Assembly: GCA_041665265.1 (NCBI GenBank) | Contig: JBAYJE010000002.1 | Coordinates: 10,836 to 74,835 of the forward strand | Source of the DNA: Minisyncoccota bacterium | GTDB taxonomy: Bacteria; Patescibacteriota; Minisyncoccia; UBA6257; GWB1-50-10 | Reading direction: 5' to 3' | Length of the DNA stretch: 64,000 nucleotides | Shown here: positions 29,360-38,883 of the stretch, in pieces | How positions within the stretch are numbered: position 1 is the stretch's first letter | Layout: every line of letters starts with the position of its first letter | Made by a program: the position numbers and the translations under genes | The notes under the pieces: model-generated | The model's database searches: none | What the model saw: only the letters and a program-made list of their open reading frames with translations | What the model was told of the DNA's origin: nothing

Positions 29360-29397
29360 AAAACCCCGTTCGCTTGAGAGCGAACGGGGGATTGTTT
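29360..29397 (+). terminator. Rho-independent terminator (CCCCGTTCGCT-tgag-AGCGAACGGGG)
   Basis: 11-bp stem; the same palindromic element recurs in inverted orientation at 45888. Confidence 0.6.
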
Positions 29398-29521
29398 AAT
29401 TCGTTATTTCGAATCCAGTGATGATACCTTATAATACATATGTAAGAATGTGTCAATAATTCATTGACAAAAGTAAGTATTACGCGGTATTCTGAGAGGC
29501 GCCTCAGAAGAGGCATTTTCT

Positions 29522-31366
29522 ATGGATACGATAAGAACAGACATTCGGAATATAGCAATAATCGCACACGTGGACCACGGGAAGACAACTCTTGTGGACG
29601 CGCTTTTAAAGCAATCAGAAAATTTTCGTCTTAAGGCTGATGATGATAAAGACCTTATTATGGATTCTAATGAACTCGAACGCGAGCGCGGAATTACTAT
29701 TTTTTCAAAAAACGCGACCATTCATTATAAGGGCACGAAGATTAACATTGTGGATACTCCAGGTCACGCCGATTTCGGTGGTGAGGTGGAGCGTATCATG
29801 CGCATGGTAGACGGTGTCTTATTGCTTGTAGATGCAAAAGAAGGTCCGATGCCTCAAACAAAATTCGTATTACGTAAAGCAATTCAGGCAGGTCATAAAG
29901 TAATTGTAGTAGTAAATAAAATTGATAAATCGGGTGCGCGACCATTGTGGGCACTTGATCAGACTTTCGATCTTTTTATTGAACTTGGTGCCTCAGACGA
30001 GCAGGCAAACTTTCCAGTTATTTATGCGGCAGGCGTGCAGGGAAAAGCAGGCGTGGTTCCTGAATTAGATTCAATGACTGATGTTATCCCTCTTTTTGAT
30101 GCAATTATAAAATATATTCCCGGACCAAAGATTTCAGAGACAAACCCGCTTCAAATGCTTACGGTGAGTTTATTTTACGATAATTATAAGGGTAAGATTG
30201 CAATCGGACGATTGTATTCAGGAGTTTTAAAGAAGGGCATGCAAGTATTGCATATAAATCGAAACGGAGTATCGAAAAAAGCAGAAATTTCCGCAGTGCT
30301 TGGTTTTGAGGGAATGAAACGCATTGAAGTGGATTCTGTAAGTGCAGGAGATATTCTCGCTATTTCAGGAATTTCTGATGTTTCTATCGGCGAGACTATT
30401 ACTGATATTGAAAATCCCATGCCGTTGCCACCTATTAAGATTGATGAGCCGACAATCAAAATGATGTTCGGAGTTAATACTTCACCATTTGCAGGAAGAG
30501 AGGGAAGTTATTCTACCTCACGCAATCTTAAAGAGAGACTTTTCCGTGAATTAGAGACAGATGTAGCACTCTCAGTTACTGCAACCGACTCCCCTGATAG
30601 ATGGGTTGTTGCAGGACGTGGAGAGCTTCACCTTTCTATTATTGTGGAGAAGATGCGTCGCGAGGGATTTGAACTTGAAGTTTCAAAACCACAAGTTATT
30701 TTTCATGAAGAAGAAGGAAAGAAACAGGAGCCAATTGAGTTGGTGTCATTTGAAGTTCCTGAAGAGTTTGGCGGTACTGTTATTGAAATGATGGGAAAAC
30801 GCCTTGGTGTTATGAAAGATATGCGCGTAGATCGTGGCGTTACTCACATGGATTTCGTGGTACCAACTCGCGGTCTTATTGGTATTCGAAACTTATTTCT
30901 CACAAGTACTAAAGGCATGGGTATTATGAATACCATCTTTTTGGGATATGAGAATTACAAAGGAGACTTACCTTCCGATCCCCATGGTTCGCTTGTGGTA
31001 TCAGAATTGGGGACTTCGAACAGTTATGGACTTATAATCGCACAGGGGCGTGGTCAACTTTTCATCGGCCCTTCCGTTGAGGTGTATGAAGGTATGGTAA
31101 TTGGGCAGAACGCGAAAGCGGGTGATATTTTTACTAATATTTGTAAATCAAAAGAACTTACCAACTTCCGTACTAAAAACTTTGGTATTCAAGAAACGCT
31201 TGATGTGCCCCACATTATGGGACTCGAAGATGCACTTGATTACATAGGCGACGATGAACTTGTTGAGGTAACACCAAAAAACATTCGCATCAGAAAGCTC
31301 TTCTTAAAAGAGAATGATCGTAAGAAGTCCGAGAGAGACGCAAAGAATGCAGAAAAAGGGAACTAA
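29522..31366 (+). CDS. typA: Translational GTPase TypA/BipA
   Basis: IRNIAIIAHVDHGKTTLVD, DTPGHADF, NKIDK G-motifs; 614 aa EF-G-like architecture. Confidence 0.9.
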   Translation: MDTIRTDIRNIAIIAHVDHGKTTLVDALLKQSENFRLKADDDKDLIMDSNELERERGITIFSKNATIHYKGTKINIVDTPGHADFGGEVERIMRMVDGVLLLVDAKEGPMPQTKFVLRKAIQAGHKVIVVVNKIDKSGARPLWALDQTFDLFIELGASDEQANFPVIYAAGVQGKAGVVPELDSMTDVIPLFDAIIKYIPGPKISETNPLQMLTVSLFYDNYKGKIAIGRLYSGVLKKGMQVLHINRNGVSKKAEISAVLGFEGMKRIEVDSVSAGDILAISGISDVSIGETITDIENPMPLPPIKIDEPTIKMMFGVNTSPFAGREGSYSTSRNLKERLFRELETDVALSVTATDSPDRWVVAGRGELHLSIIVEKMRREGFELEVSKPQVIFHEEEGKKQEPIELVSFEVPEEFGGTVIEMMGKRLGVMKDMRVDRGVTHMDFVVPTRGLIGIRNLFLTSTKGMGIMNTIFLGYENYKGDLPSDPHGSLVVSELGTSNSYGLIIAQGRGQLFIGPSVEVYEGMVIGQNAKAGDIFTNICKSKELTNFRTKNFGIQETLDVPHIMGLEDALDYIGDDELVEVTPKNIRIRKLFLKENDRKKSERDAKNAEKGN

Positions 31367-31386
31367 GATTATTATTTCGTTGAACA

Positions 31387-32403
31387 ATGAGGACAAAAAT
31401 TATCGCTACGATAGGGCCTACTTCGGAGTCAGAAGCCGTACTTAAAAAATTTATTGCGGAGGGTATGGATATTGCCCGAATGAATTTTTCCCACTGTACA
31501 CACGTAGAATATCGTGTGCGTAAGGAAAAGATTATTCGGATAGCAAAGAAATTTAAGAAACACGTGAAGATATTGCAGGACCTGAAGGGTCCGCGTATTC
31601 GTGTGGGTATATTGCCAGAAAATGGTGTGGTATTAAACGATGGAGATATCATTCTTTTTTCGACTGCAAAAAAGGTACCCAAGGGCGCTATTTTTATTGA
31701 TGACGAGCATGTACATAAAGATGTAAAAATTGGACATCCCATCTTCTTAGCGAATGGAAGTATGGAACTTATCGTGACTAAGATATCTGGCACCACTATT
31801 ACTACTAAGGTAATACGGGGAGGAACACTTTATTCGCGAAAAGCAGTTAATATGCCCCACACAATGCTTACGACCTCAGGACTTACTGATAAGGATATTG
31901 AGGATGTAAAATTTGGGATAAAAGAGGGTGTTGATTATATCGCACTTTCATTTGTACAATCAGAAAAAGATATTATGAATCTTCGTGCAATTGTAGGAAC
32001 AAAAGCAAAGATTGTGGCAAAAATTGAAAGTGCAATTGCGTTAAAACATATTGACCGAATTATCAAAGCATCGGATGCTATCATGGTGGCGCGGGGTGAT
32101 CTCGGGGTTGAGATTCCTATGGAGAAAGTTCCTTTTATTCAGAAAAATTTAATTCGTCATGCCGCATGGCATGGAAAGTCGGCTATTGTAGCGACACAGA
32201 TGCTTTCTTCGATGATTGACCACGCACATCCTACCCGCGCAGAAGTGTCTGATATTGCAAACGCAGTATGGGATGGCGCAGATGCAGTTATGCTTTCTGA
32301 TGAAACTGCATCGGGACAATATCCAGTAGAGTCTATAGTTGCAATGAAAAAGATAGTTGCCGAGGCGGAACACTCTCACTTTGATAGGGAGAACATTCTT
32401 TAG
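31387..32403 (+). CDS. pyk: Pyruvate kinase (short form lacking C-terminal regulatory domain)
   Basis: MRTKIIATIGPTSES, MNFSHCTHVEY, MVARGDLGVEIP catalytic motifs; only 338 aa. Confidence 0.8.
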   Translation: MRTKIIATIGPTSESEAVLKKFIAEGMDIARMNFSHCTHVEYRVRKEKIIRIAKKFKKHVKILQDLKGPRIRVGILPENGVVLNDGDIILFSTAKKVPKGAIFIDDEHVHKDVKIGHPIFLANGSMELIVTKISGTTITTKVIRGGTLYSRKAVNMPHTMLTTSGLTDKDIEDVKFGIKEGVDYIALSFVQSEKDIMNLRAIVGTKAKIVAKIESAIALKHIDRIIKASDAIMVARGDLGVEIPMEKVPFIQKNLIRHAAWHGKSAIVATQMLSSMIDHAHPTRAEVSDIANAVWDGADAVMLSDETASGQYPVESIVAMKKIVAEAEHSHFDRENIL

Positions 32404-32417
32404 TACAATTAAACTTT

Positions 32418-33116
32418 ATGGCGCTTACTATTCCAAATCACATCGCAATTATTCCTGATGGAAATCGTAGATGGGCAGCCTCACAAAAGAAAAAAATATT
32501 TTCAGGACACACAGAAGGATCTCATACAACTGAACGCATTTTAAAAGAGGCATTTGATATGGGCGTTCGTTATTTCACTATTTGGGGTGCTTCAGAAGAT
32601 AATCTTACGAAACGAGATTCTCTAGAAGTAAGTGCACTTACTCAGGTGTTTATTCACGCACTTACCAAGCTTTCAAAATCAAAAGAGCTAAGAAAGTACA
32701 ATGTAAAAGTTTGTGTATGTGGGAGATTTAGAGAGCTTCTCAAGAATAAAAAATTAAACGATATTGCGAAAGCGATTGAATTTTCTACAAAGGATAATAC
32801 CGAGAGGATTCTTACCGTTCTTTTGGGGTACGACGGGAAGAACGAAATGATTCATGTAGTACAGTCACTACAAGGGAAAGATGTGGTAATTGATGACGCA
32901 TCAATACGCTCTAGGCTTTTTACAAACAATCTGCCTCCTGTTGATCTTGTAATACGCACAGGAGGAGATCCTCATTGGTCTGCTGGATTTATGATGTGGC
33001 TTACCGCAAACAGTGAATTTTACTTTACAAGCACCTTATGGCCGGCGTTTACTAATAACGAATTACGAAGAGCCTTTCAAGAGTTTTCAAAGCGTAGGAG
33101 AATGCTTGGAAAATAG
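32418..33116 (+). CDS. uppS: Undecaprenyl diphosphate synthase (cis-prenyltransferase)
   Basis: NHIAIIPDGNRRWA and IRTGGDPHWSAGFMMW motifs. Confidence 0.85.
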   Translation: MALTIPNHIAIIPDGNRRWAASQKKKIFSGHTEGSHTTERILKEAFDMGVRYFTIWGASEDNLTKRDSLEVSALTQVFIHALTKLSKSKELRKYNVKVCVCGRFRELLKNKKLNDIAKAIEFSTKDNTERILTVLLGYDGKNEMIHVVQSLQGKDVVIDDASIRSRLFTNNLPPVDLVIRTGGDPHWSAGFMMWLTANSEFYFTSTLWPAFTNNELRRAFQEFSKRRRMLGK

Positions 33117-33191
33117 AAAAGTATTTGTTTTTAGTGCTTTTTACGAAAAACATGGGTTCACTACTCATGTTTTTTATCGTATAATGGAGGT

Positions 33192-33536
33192 ATGAAAATA
33201 GATATTGTAGGAAATAAAATTGAATTAACTCCTGCTCTTTCAGCGTTTATCGAAAAAAAAATTGGGTCATGCTCAAATTTAGTAAAACGGTTTGATACCG
33301 ATGGCGCTCTTACTATTTTCTTTACTATCGGGAATACTACAAAGCATCACAAACATGGAGAGGTGTTTATTGCAGAAGCGGCGGTACGTTTGCCAGGGAA
33401 GTCAATCAGGGTTGAGTGTACTAATACGGATGTGTATGCCGCGATTGATGAAGTAAAAGACGGACTAAAAATAGAATTTGGTAAGTACAAAGAAAAGAGT
33501 AGTTCACGCTCGAGCCGCCCAAATAAATTTACATAA
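33192..33536 (+). CDS. hpf: Ribosome hibernation promoting factor (short HPF/RaiA)
   Basis: MKIDIVGNKIELTPALSAFIEKKI N-terminus typical of HPF/YfiA; 114 aa. Confidence 0.7.
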   Translation: MKIDIVGNKIELTPALSAFIEKKIGSCSNLVKRFDTDGALTIFFTIGNTTKHHKHGEVFIAEAAVRLPGKSIRVECTNTDVYAAIDEVKDGLKIEFGKYKEKSSSRSSRPNKFT

Positions 33537-33539
33537 TAT

Positions 33540-35138
33540 ATGTCACATACTGCACAGCCACATCCTTTACACTCATCACATTCGCGAAGGAGAAAAAAGA
33601 ACTTGCTTCTTTGGGGTATTATCGTTGTTTTCTGTGGTGTGGTGGTATTGTTTTTTACTACAAAACAAAAAATAAAATATGAGATGGTAACAGTTACTCG
33701 TGGGAATATTGCTGAAGAAGTTTCAGTTACGGGACGCGTGAAATCTGCAGAGAGTGTGAATCTCGCATTTGAGAAAGGAGGAAAGATAAAAAATGTAAGT
33801 GTACAGGTGGGAGATAGGGTGAGTCCTGGTCAGGCACTTGTCCATCTTGATGCCGCAGAAGTGAATGCACAATTACTCCAGGCGGAAGCAAGTGTGGATA
33901 CGCAAGTTGCAAAGCTCAACGAATTAAAGAGGGGTGCACGCATCGAAGAAATTCAAGTAAAAGAAACCGAGCTTAGAAAAGCGGAGCAGGATCTTACAAA
34001 TGCCTATGGCAGTGTGCTCAATATCGCGAATGACGCATTTTCAAAAGCGGATGATGCAGTGCGCTCAAAAACCGATCAAGTATTTTTAAATGATGATACT
34101 GATTCTCCCCAACTTACTTTTCTCGTAAGTGATGCACAGGCGCAAATCGATACAGTTGCTTTACGTCGCCTTGCAACGTCAGAACTTAATGCATGGAAGA
34201 GTGAATTGCGTACCACTTCAGGGACATCAAGTGTCGCGCTCGATATACTTCTGATTCAGAGTCAAAAACACCTCGCACTTATTCGAGATTTTCTTATACG
34301 CACACTTGATACGGTAGACAAGGCAATAGGAGTTTCTGCTTCGACTATCGATACCTATAAGACAAATATTGGCACGGGTCGCGCAAATGTAAGTACTGCT
34401 ATTTCAAATATTACTACGCAAGAACAGACAATTTCGACCCAAAAAGTAGTAATAGAGCGCATCACGAACGAACTATCTCTTATTAAGGCGGGGTCGGCAT
34501 TTGAAGTTATTGCAGGTCAGGAAGCTCAAGTGAAACAAGTAGAAGCAAATGTTGCTGCAATTCGTGCGCAGGTTTCAAAAATGATTCTTTACGCACCTAT
34601 TGGAGGTGTTGTGACAAAGCAGGATGCAAAGCAAGGAGAGATTGCTTCAATAAATACGATACTCATTTCAATTATTGGAGACCAAAGCCTTGAGATTGAA
34701 GCAAATATTCCTGAAATTGACGTTGGTCGTATTGCAATTGGGAATCCCGTTCTTATTAAACTCGATGCATTTCCTGGAGAAGTATTTAATGGCAAGGTGA
34801 AATATATTGACCCGGCTGAAAATGTAGTTGATGGAGTGGTGAATTTTAAGGTAACAATTGCATTTGAGACAATTGAGAAAAAAATTCGTAGTGGCCTCAC
34901 TGCTAATTTAGAAATTGAAAGCAGAAAAAAAGAAGGGGTCCTCCTTCTTCCTGAATTTGCAATTGTAGAGAACGATGAGGGAACCTTTGTGCGCACTCTT
35001 TTATTAGATGGAGTTACTACTGAGGATGTGTTCGTAGTGAGAGGTATTCGTGATAATAATGGGTTTGTGGAAATAGAGCAGGGAGTTACCGAGGGAGAGC
35101 AGGTGGTTAATATCGGACTTAAAGCGGTTGTAAAATAA
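33540..35138 (+). CDS. HlyD/MacA-like periplasmic adaptor subunit
   Basis: N-terminal TM, long coiled coil, beta-barrel/lipoyl-like region; followed by ABC ATPase and FtsX permease. Confidence 0.75.
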   Translation: MSHTAQPHPLHSSHSRRRKKNLLLWGIIVVFCGVVVLFFTTKQKIKYEMVTVTRGNIAEEVSVTGRVKSAESVNLAFEKGGKIKNVSVQVGDRVSPGQALVHLDAAEVNAQLLQAEASVDTQVAKLNELKRGARIEEIQVKETELRKAEQDLTNAYGSVLNIANDAFSKADDAVRSKTDQVFLNDDTDSPQLTFLVSDAQAQIDTVALRRLATSELNAWKSELRTTSGTSSVALDILLIQSQKHLALIRDFLIRTLDTVDKAIGVSASTIDTYKTNIGTGRANVSTAISNITTQEQTISTQKVVIERITNELSLIKAGSAFEVIAGQEAQVKQVEANVAAIRAQVSKMILYAPIGGVVTKQDAKQGEIASINTILISIIGDQSLEIEANIPEIDVGRIAIGNPVLIKLDAFPGEVFNGKVKYIDPAENVVDGVVNFKVTIAFETIEKKIRSGLTANLEIESRKKEGVLLLPEFAIVENDEGTFVRTLLLDGVTTEDVFVVRGIRDNNGFVEIEQGVTEGEQVVNIGLKAVVK

Positions 35139-35139
35139 A

Positions 35140-35856
35140 ATGCTTATTTCCGTTCGTGATCTTGAAAAGACATACGATGATGAGGGTGAAGTAACGCGCG
35201 CACTTGCGGGTGTCTCATTTGATATTAAAAAAGGGGAATTTGTGGCGATTATGGGACCCTCTGGTTCTGGTAAATCAACTCTTTTGCATATTCTCTCTTT
35301 TCTTGATAGGCCAACGAATGGTAGTTATATTTTTAATGGTAAGCATATGAATGAGCTCTCTGATATAGATCTCGCGCATATTAGAAATAAAGAGATGGGT
35401 TTTATCTTTCAGTCATTCAATCTTCTTTCTCGTCTCTCGGTGTTTGAAAATGTGGCAATTCCTCTTGTGTACTCTCATGATGTGCCGGTGGATCGACGAA
35501 AAAAAATTGTTGAACACGCGATTCAAAGTGTGGGACTTGAAGAGAAAACATATATAGAAGCAGGGAAGCTTTCGGGAGGTCAGAAACAGCGCGTGGCGAT
35601 TGCACGCGCACTTGTGAATAATCCCGATGTTATTTTTGCTGATGAGCCCACAGGAAACCTTGATTCAAAGTCGGGTGCACAGGTTATGGATATCTTACAT
35701 GAGCTTCATGAAGCGGGGAATACTATTATTCTCGTGACACATGAAACATATACCGCAGAATTTGCAAATCGTCTTATTCATATTAAAGACGGGCTTATTG
35801 ATTCTGATGAACCGATTATAAAGTCGCGTACTAAAAAAACAGATTTTTTCAAATAA
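35140..35856 (+). CDS. ABC transporter ATP-binding protein (MacB/LolD-like)
   Basis: Walker A GPSGSGKST, signature LSGGQKQR, Walker B IIFADEPTGNLD. Confidence 0.9.
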   Translation: MLISVRDLEKTYDDEGEVTRALAGVSFDIKKGEFVAIMGPSGSGKSTLLHILSFLDRPTNGSYIFNGKHMNELSDIDLAHIRNKEMGFIFQSFNLLSRLSVFENVAIPLVYSHDVPVDRRKKIVEHAIQSVGLEEKTYIEAGKLSGGQKQRVAIARALVNNPDVIFADEPTGNLDSKSGAQVMDILHELHEAGNTIILVTHETYTAEFANRLIHIKDGLIDSDEPIIKSRTKKTDFFK

Positions 35857-35857
35857 T

Positions 35858-37102
35858 ATGCGCCTTCGCGATTCTATAAAAACAGCTACCTCAAATGTAC
35901 TTCATTCTCGAATGCGTTCGTTTCTTACGATGCTTGGTATTGTGATTGGTATCTCTTCGGTGATTTTACTTATGTCGATTGGAAATTCTGCTCAGGCACT
36001 TATTGTAAATCAGGTGAAGGGTATTGGATCGAATCTTGTTTTTATTATCCCTGGAGCGACAAAGAGCGGAAGATTCTCTGCGCCTGCATCATCGCAAGGC
36101 ATTGTCATTAAAACATTAGTAAAAGATGATGTGGTCGCACTTGAGCGAAGCGCAGCTATAGTGGGGGCAACCCCTGAGGTGCGAGGGCAGGCAAAAATTG
36201 TGTATAGCAATAACGACACCACCGTTACCTTTCTTGGTGTGGGAGGAGATTTTTTTGCGCTACGCAGCTATAACGTGGCAAAGGGTTATCCTTTTACAAA
36301 TAGAGACGTTGAATCATACGAGCGCGTGATTGTTCTTGGTTCAGAAACGGCATCGATACTTTTTGGTAATTTTGATCCATTGGGTAAATCAGTAAGACTG
36401 AAAGATGTTTCATTTCGTGTAGTGGGAATTCTTGAGAAAAAAGGTGTGGGTGCGTTTGGTATCGATCAGGATAATATTGCAGTTATTCCGCTTCCTGTTG
36501 CACAGAAGCAGATGCTTGGTATCGATTATTACAATGCAATCACTGTTCAAGCAAGTGATGCGTATACTTCTGAGTTTGTGAAGCAGCGTGTTATTTCTAT
36601 TATTCGCGAGAGCCATCGTATCACCGATCCTGATAAAGATGATTTTACCGTGCGCACACAAGAAGACGCACTTTCACTTCTTGGTGACATTACTTCCACG
36701 CTTACTCTTTTTCTTACTTCTATTGCTTTCATTTCACTTGTTGTGGGGGGTATCGGTATTATGAATATTATGTTGGTATCGGTTATTGAGCGCACTCGCG
36801 AAATAGGTCTTCGCAAGGCAGTAGGAGCGACTAATAATGACATTATGCAGCAGTTTCTCTGGGAGTCGATTATCCTCACTTTTTTTGGTGGAATCACTGG
36901 AATCTTTTTAGGCTCTATTCTTACTTATGGGCTTTATTATGTTCTTGTGAATATCGTGAAGATGGACTGGGTATTTGTATTACCCCCATCCGCTATTCTA
37001 CTTGCGGTTGGCGTTTCTACCTTTACTGGTGTCATTTTTGGGCTCTATCCATCGCGACAAGCGGCAAAAAAGAACCCAATTGAAGCCCTTCGTTATGAGT
37101 AG
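35858..37102 (+). CDS. ABC transporter permease, FtsX/MacB family
   Basis: N-terminal TM, large periplasmic domain, C-terminal 3-TM FtsX domain. Confidence 0.8.
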   Translation: MRLRDSIKTATSNVLHSRMRSFLTMLGIVIGISSVILLMSIGNSAQALIVNQVKGIGSNLVFIIPGATKSGRFSAPASSQGIVIKTLVKDDVVALERSAAIVGATPEVRGQAKIVYSNNDTTVTFLGVGGDFFALRSYNVAKGYPFTNRDVESYERVIVLGSETASILFGNFDPLGKSVRLKDVSFRVVGILEKKGVGAFGIDQDNIAVIPLPVAQKQMLGIDYYNAITVQASDAYTSEFVKQRVISIIRESHRITDPDKDDFTVRTQEDALSLLGDITSTLTLFLTSIAFISLVVGGIGIMNIMLVSVIERTREIGLRKAVGATNNDIMQQFLWESIILTFFGGITGIFLGSILTYGLYYVLVNIVKMDWVFVLPPSAILLAVGVSTFTGVIFGLYPSRQAAKKNPIEALRYE

Positions 37103-37183
37103 CCTTTACAAAATAAGTAGAAAAGAGTATAATGTAATTAATATCGTGGTCGAAGCAACACGTATTTTAATAAATAAAAATTC

Positions 37184-37267
37184 ATGAAATCAGCAGAATT
37201 TTGGATTTTTCTTGTAGTGGGTTTTTTTCTGGCCTATGCGGGATATGTGACTCATGTAATGCAATAA
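37184..37267 (+). CDS. Candidate 27-aa hydrophobic peptide (MKSAEFWIFLVVGFFLAYAGYVTHVMQ)
   Basis: Short ORF between TATAAT-like box (37127-37132) and hairpin terminator 37285-37310; no SD; not in ORF track because under 60 aa. Confidence 0.3.
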   Translation: MKSAEFWIFLVVGFFLAYAGYVTHVMQ

Positions 37268-37284
37268 AATCCATAGAAAAAAAT

Positions 37285-37310
37285 CTCGCATCGCGCGAGG
37301 TTTTTTCTTT
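37285..37310 (+). terminator. Rho-independent terminator (CTCGC-atcgc-GCGAG + T6)
   Basis: Hairpin followed by TTTTTTCTTTT. Confidence 0.6.
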
Positions 37311-37334
37311 TGTGGGTGATATGATAAAGAAAAT

Positions 37335-37982
37335 ATGAAAATAGTTTCATTGCGTGAGTTAGAAATTCGGAAGAAAAAAGTGCGTAACATCATTGCCGTT
37401 CTTAAAAAACTATACCCAAATGTTGCACCCTTTCTTCACTTTAAAACTCCATGGGAGCTTTTGGTTGCGGTAGTGTTGTCCGCACAATGCACTGATAAAA
37501 AAGTAAATGAGGTAACCAAAACTCTTTTCAAAAAATACAAGACGCTTAATGATTACCTCCATGCCTCACAAAAAGAGTTTGAAGTAGACATTTATTCTAC
37601 TGGGTTTTATAGGAGTAAGGCAAAAAATATTCTTAAGGCAGCACGCGTAATACATAACCAGTTTCATGATGAAGTGCCACACACCATGAGAGAACTTCTT
37701 GAGATTCCTGGTGTAGGGCGAAAATCAGCAAATGTTATATTAGAAAACGCATTTGGTATTGTTGAAGGCATTGCGGTGGATACTCATGTAAGGCGCTTAG
37801 TTTTATTGTGGGGTCTTTCTCATGAACATAATCCCGACAAAATAGAGAAAGATCTCACTTCGATTCTTCCAAAAAGTCAGTGGCCAGGATTTACACATCG
37901 ACTTATTAGTTATGGGAGAGAATATTGTCCATCGCGACGCCATATGCATGAGAGATGTCCAATTACACAACTCGGCGTATAA
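37335..37982 (+). CDS. nth: Endonuclease III (HhH-GPD, 4Fe-4S)
   Basis: ELLEIPGVGRKSANVIL HhH motif, catalytic D in VDTHV, C-terminal C-x6-C-x2-C-x5-C. Confidence 0.85.
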   Translation: MKIVSLRELEIRKKKVRNIIAVLKKLYPNVAPFLHFKTPWELLVAVVLSAQCTDKKVNEVTKTLFKKYKTLNDYLHASQKEFEVDIYSTGFYRSKAKNILKAARVIHNQFHDEVPHTMRELLEIPGVGRKSANVILENAFGIVEGIAVDTHVRRLVLLWGLSHEHNPDKIEKDLTSILPKSQWPGFTHRLISYGREYCPSRRHMHERCPITQLGV

Positions 37983-37989
37983 TAGAAGC

Positions 37990-38880
37990 ATGAAGACCCA
38001 TATTGTGGTATTGGGGATGGGAGAGATTGGTTCAGCTCTTTCCTCCATCTTGGAGAAGAAAAAACACCCCGTAGATTCATGGGACGTTATTTCTGGGAAG
38101 GTGCACAATCAAAAAACGTTATTTGAAATTATTCCTCATGCGGACATTCTTTTCCTTTGTGTGCCTTCGTGGGGTTTGCCACAAGTTATGAAATCTATTC
38201 AGCCTTTTGTACACGCACAAACACTTGTAGTTGGATTATCAAAAGGATTGCAACGAGAAAAAAGTGAAACAACGTACGATTTTCTTGTGCGCATGCTTCA
38301 TCCTGGGCAACAAGTAGTGCTTCTTGCGGGAGCTATGCTTGCTGAGGAGCTTCAGAAGGGAATGCCAGGCATAGGAGTAGTAGCAGGAAAAAATAAAAAA
38401 GCATGCGAAACGATTTGCGATCTTTTCAAAGGAAGTTCATTGAAGTTAACTTCTTCAACTGATGTGAAGGGAATAGCATATGCAGGCGCACTTAAGAATA
38501 GTTATGCGCTCGGTCTTGGTATAACAGAAGGTATTAATTGGGGAGGAAATGCGCGTGCGTGGTTTGCATATGAGTCTTTTTTTGAAATGGAAAAGATTAT
38601 AAAACTTCTTGGTGGGAAAAAGGAGTCTTTTTGGGGTCCTGCGGGCATTGTTGATTTTATTGCTACGGGGTTTAGTTCTTATTCAAAGAATGCGGAGTGG
38701 GGAAGACTCTTTGCTGCAGGGAAAGAAGCACTTCCACAAAGCGAGGGCTCGATATCACTTGAATCTATAGCAAAACTTCTACGAGGAAATATGGATGCAT
38801 TTCCTCTCTTTCAAACAATTGTTCGGGTAGCAGCGAAAAAGGAAGATGCGGAGGGAGCATTTCGGAAGCTTTTGAAATAA
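37990..38880 (+). CDS. gpsA: NAD(P)H-dependent glycerol-3-phosphate dehydrogenase-like protein
   Basis: Start ATG 37990 (MKTHIVVLGMGEIGSAL Rossmann); GIAYAGALKNSYALGLGI matches GpsA C-domain. Confidence 0.6.
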   Translation: MKTHIVVLGMGEIGSALSSILEKKKHPVDSWDVISGKVHNQKTLFEIIPHADILFLCVPSWGLPQVMKSIQPFVHAQTLVVGLSKGLQREKSETTYDFLVRMLHPGQQVVLLAGAMLAEELQKGMPGIGVVAGKNKKACETICDLFKGSSLKLTSSTDVKGIAYAGALKNSYALGLGITEGINWGGNARAWFAYESFFEMEKIIKLLGGKKESFWGPAGIVDFIATGFSSYSKNAEWGRLFAAGKEALPQSEGSISLESIAKLLRGNMDAFPLFQTIVRVAAKKEDAEGAFRKLLK

Positions 38881-38883
38881 TAT

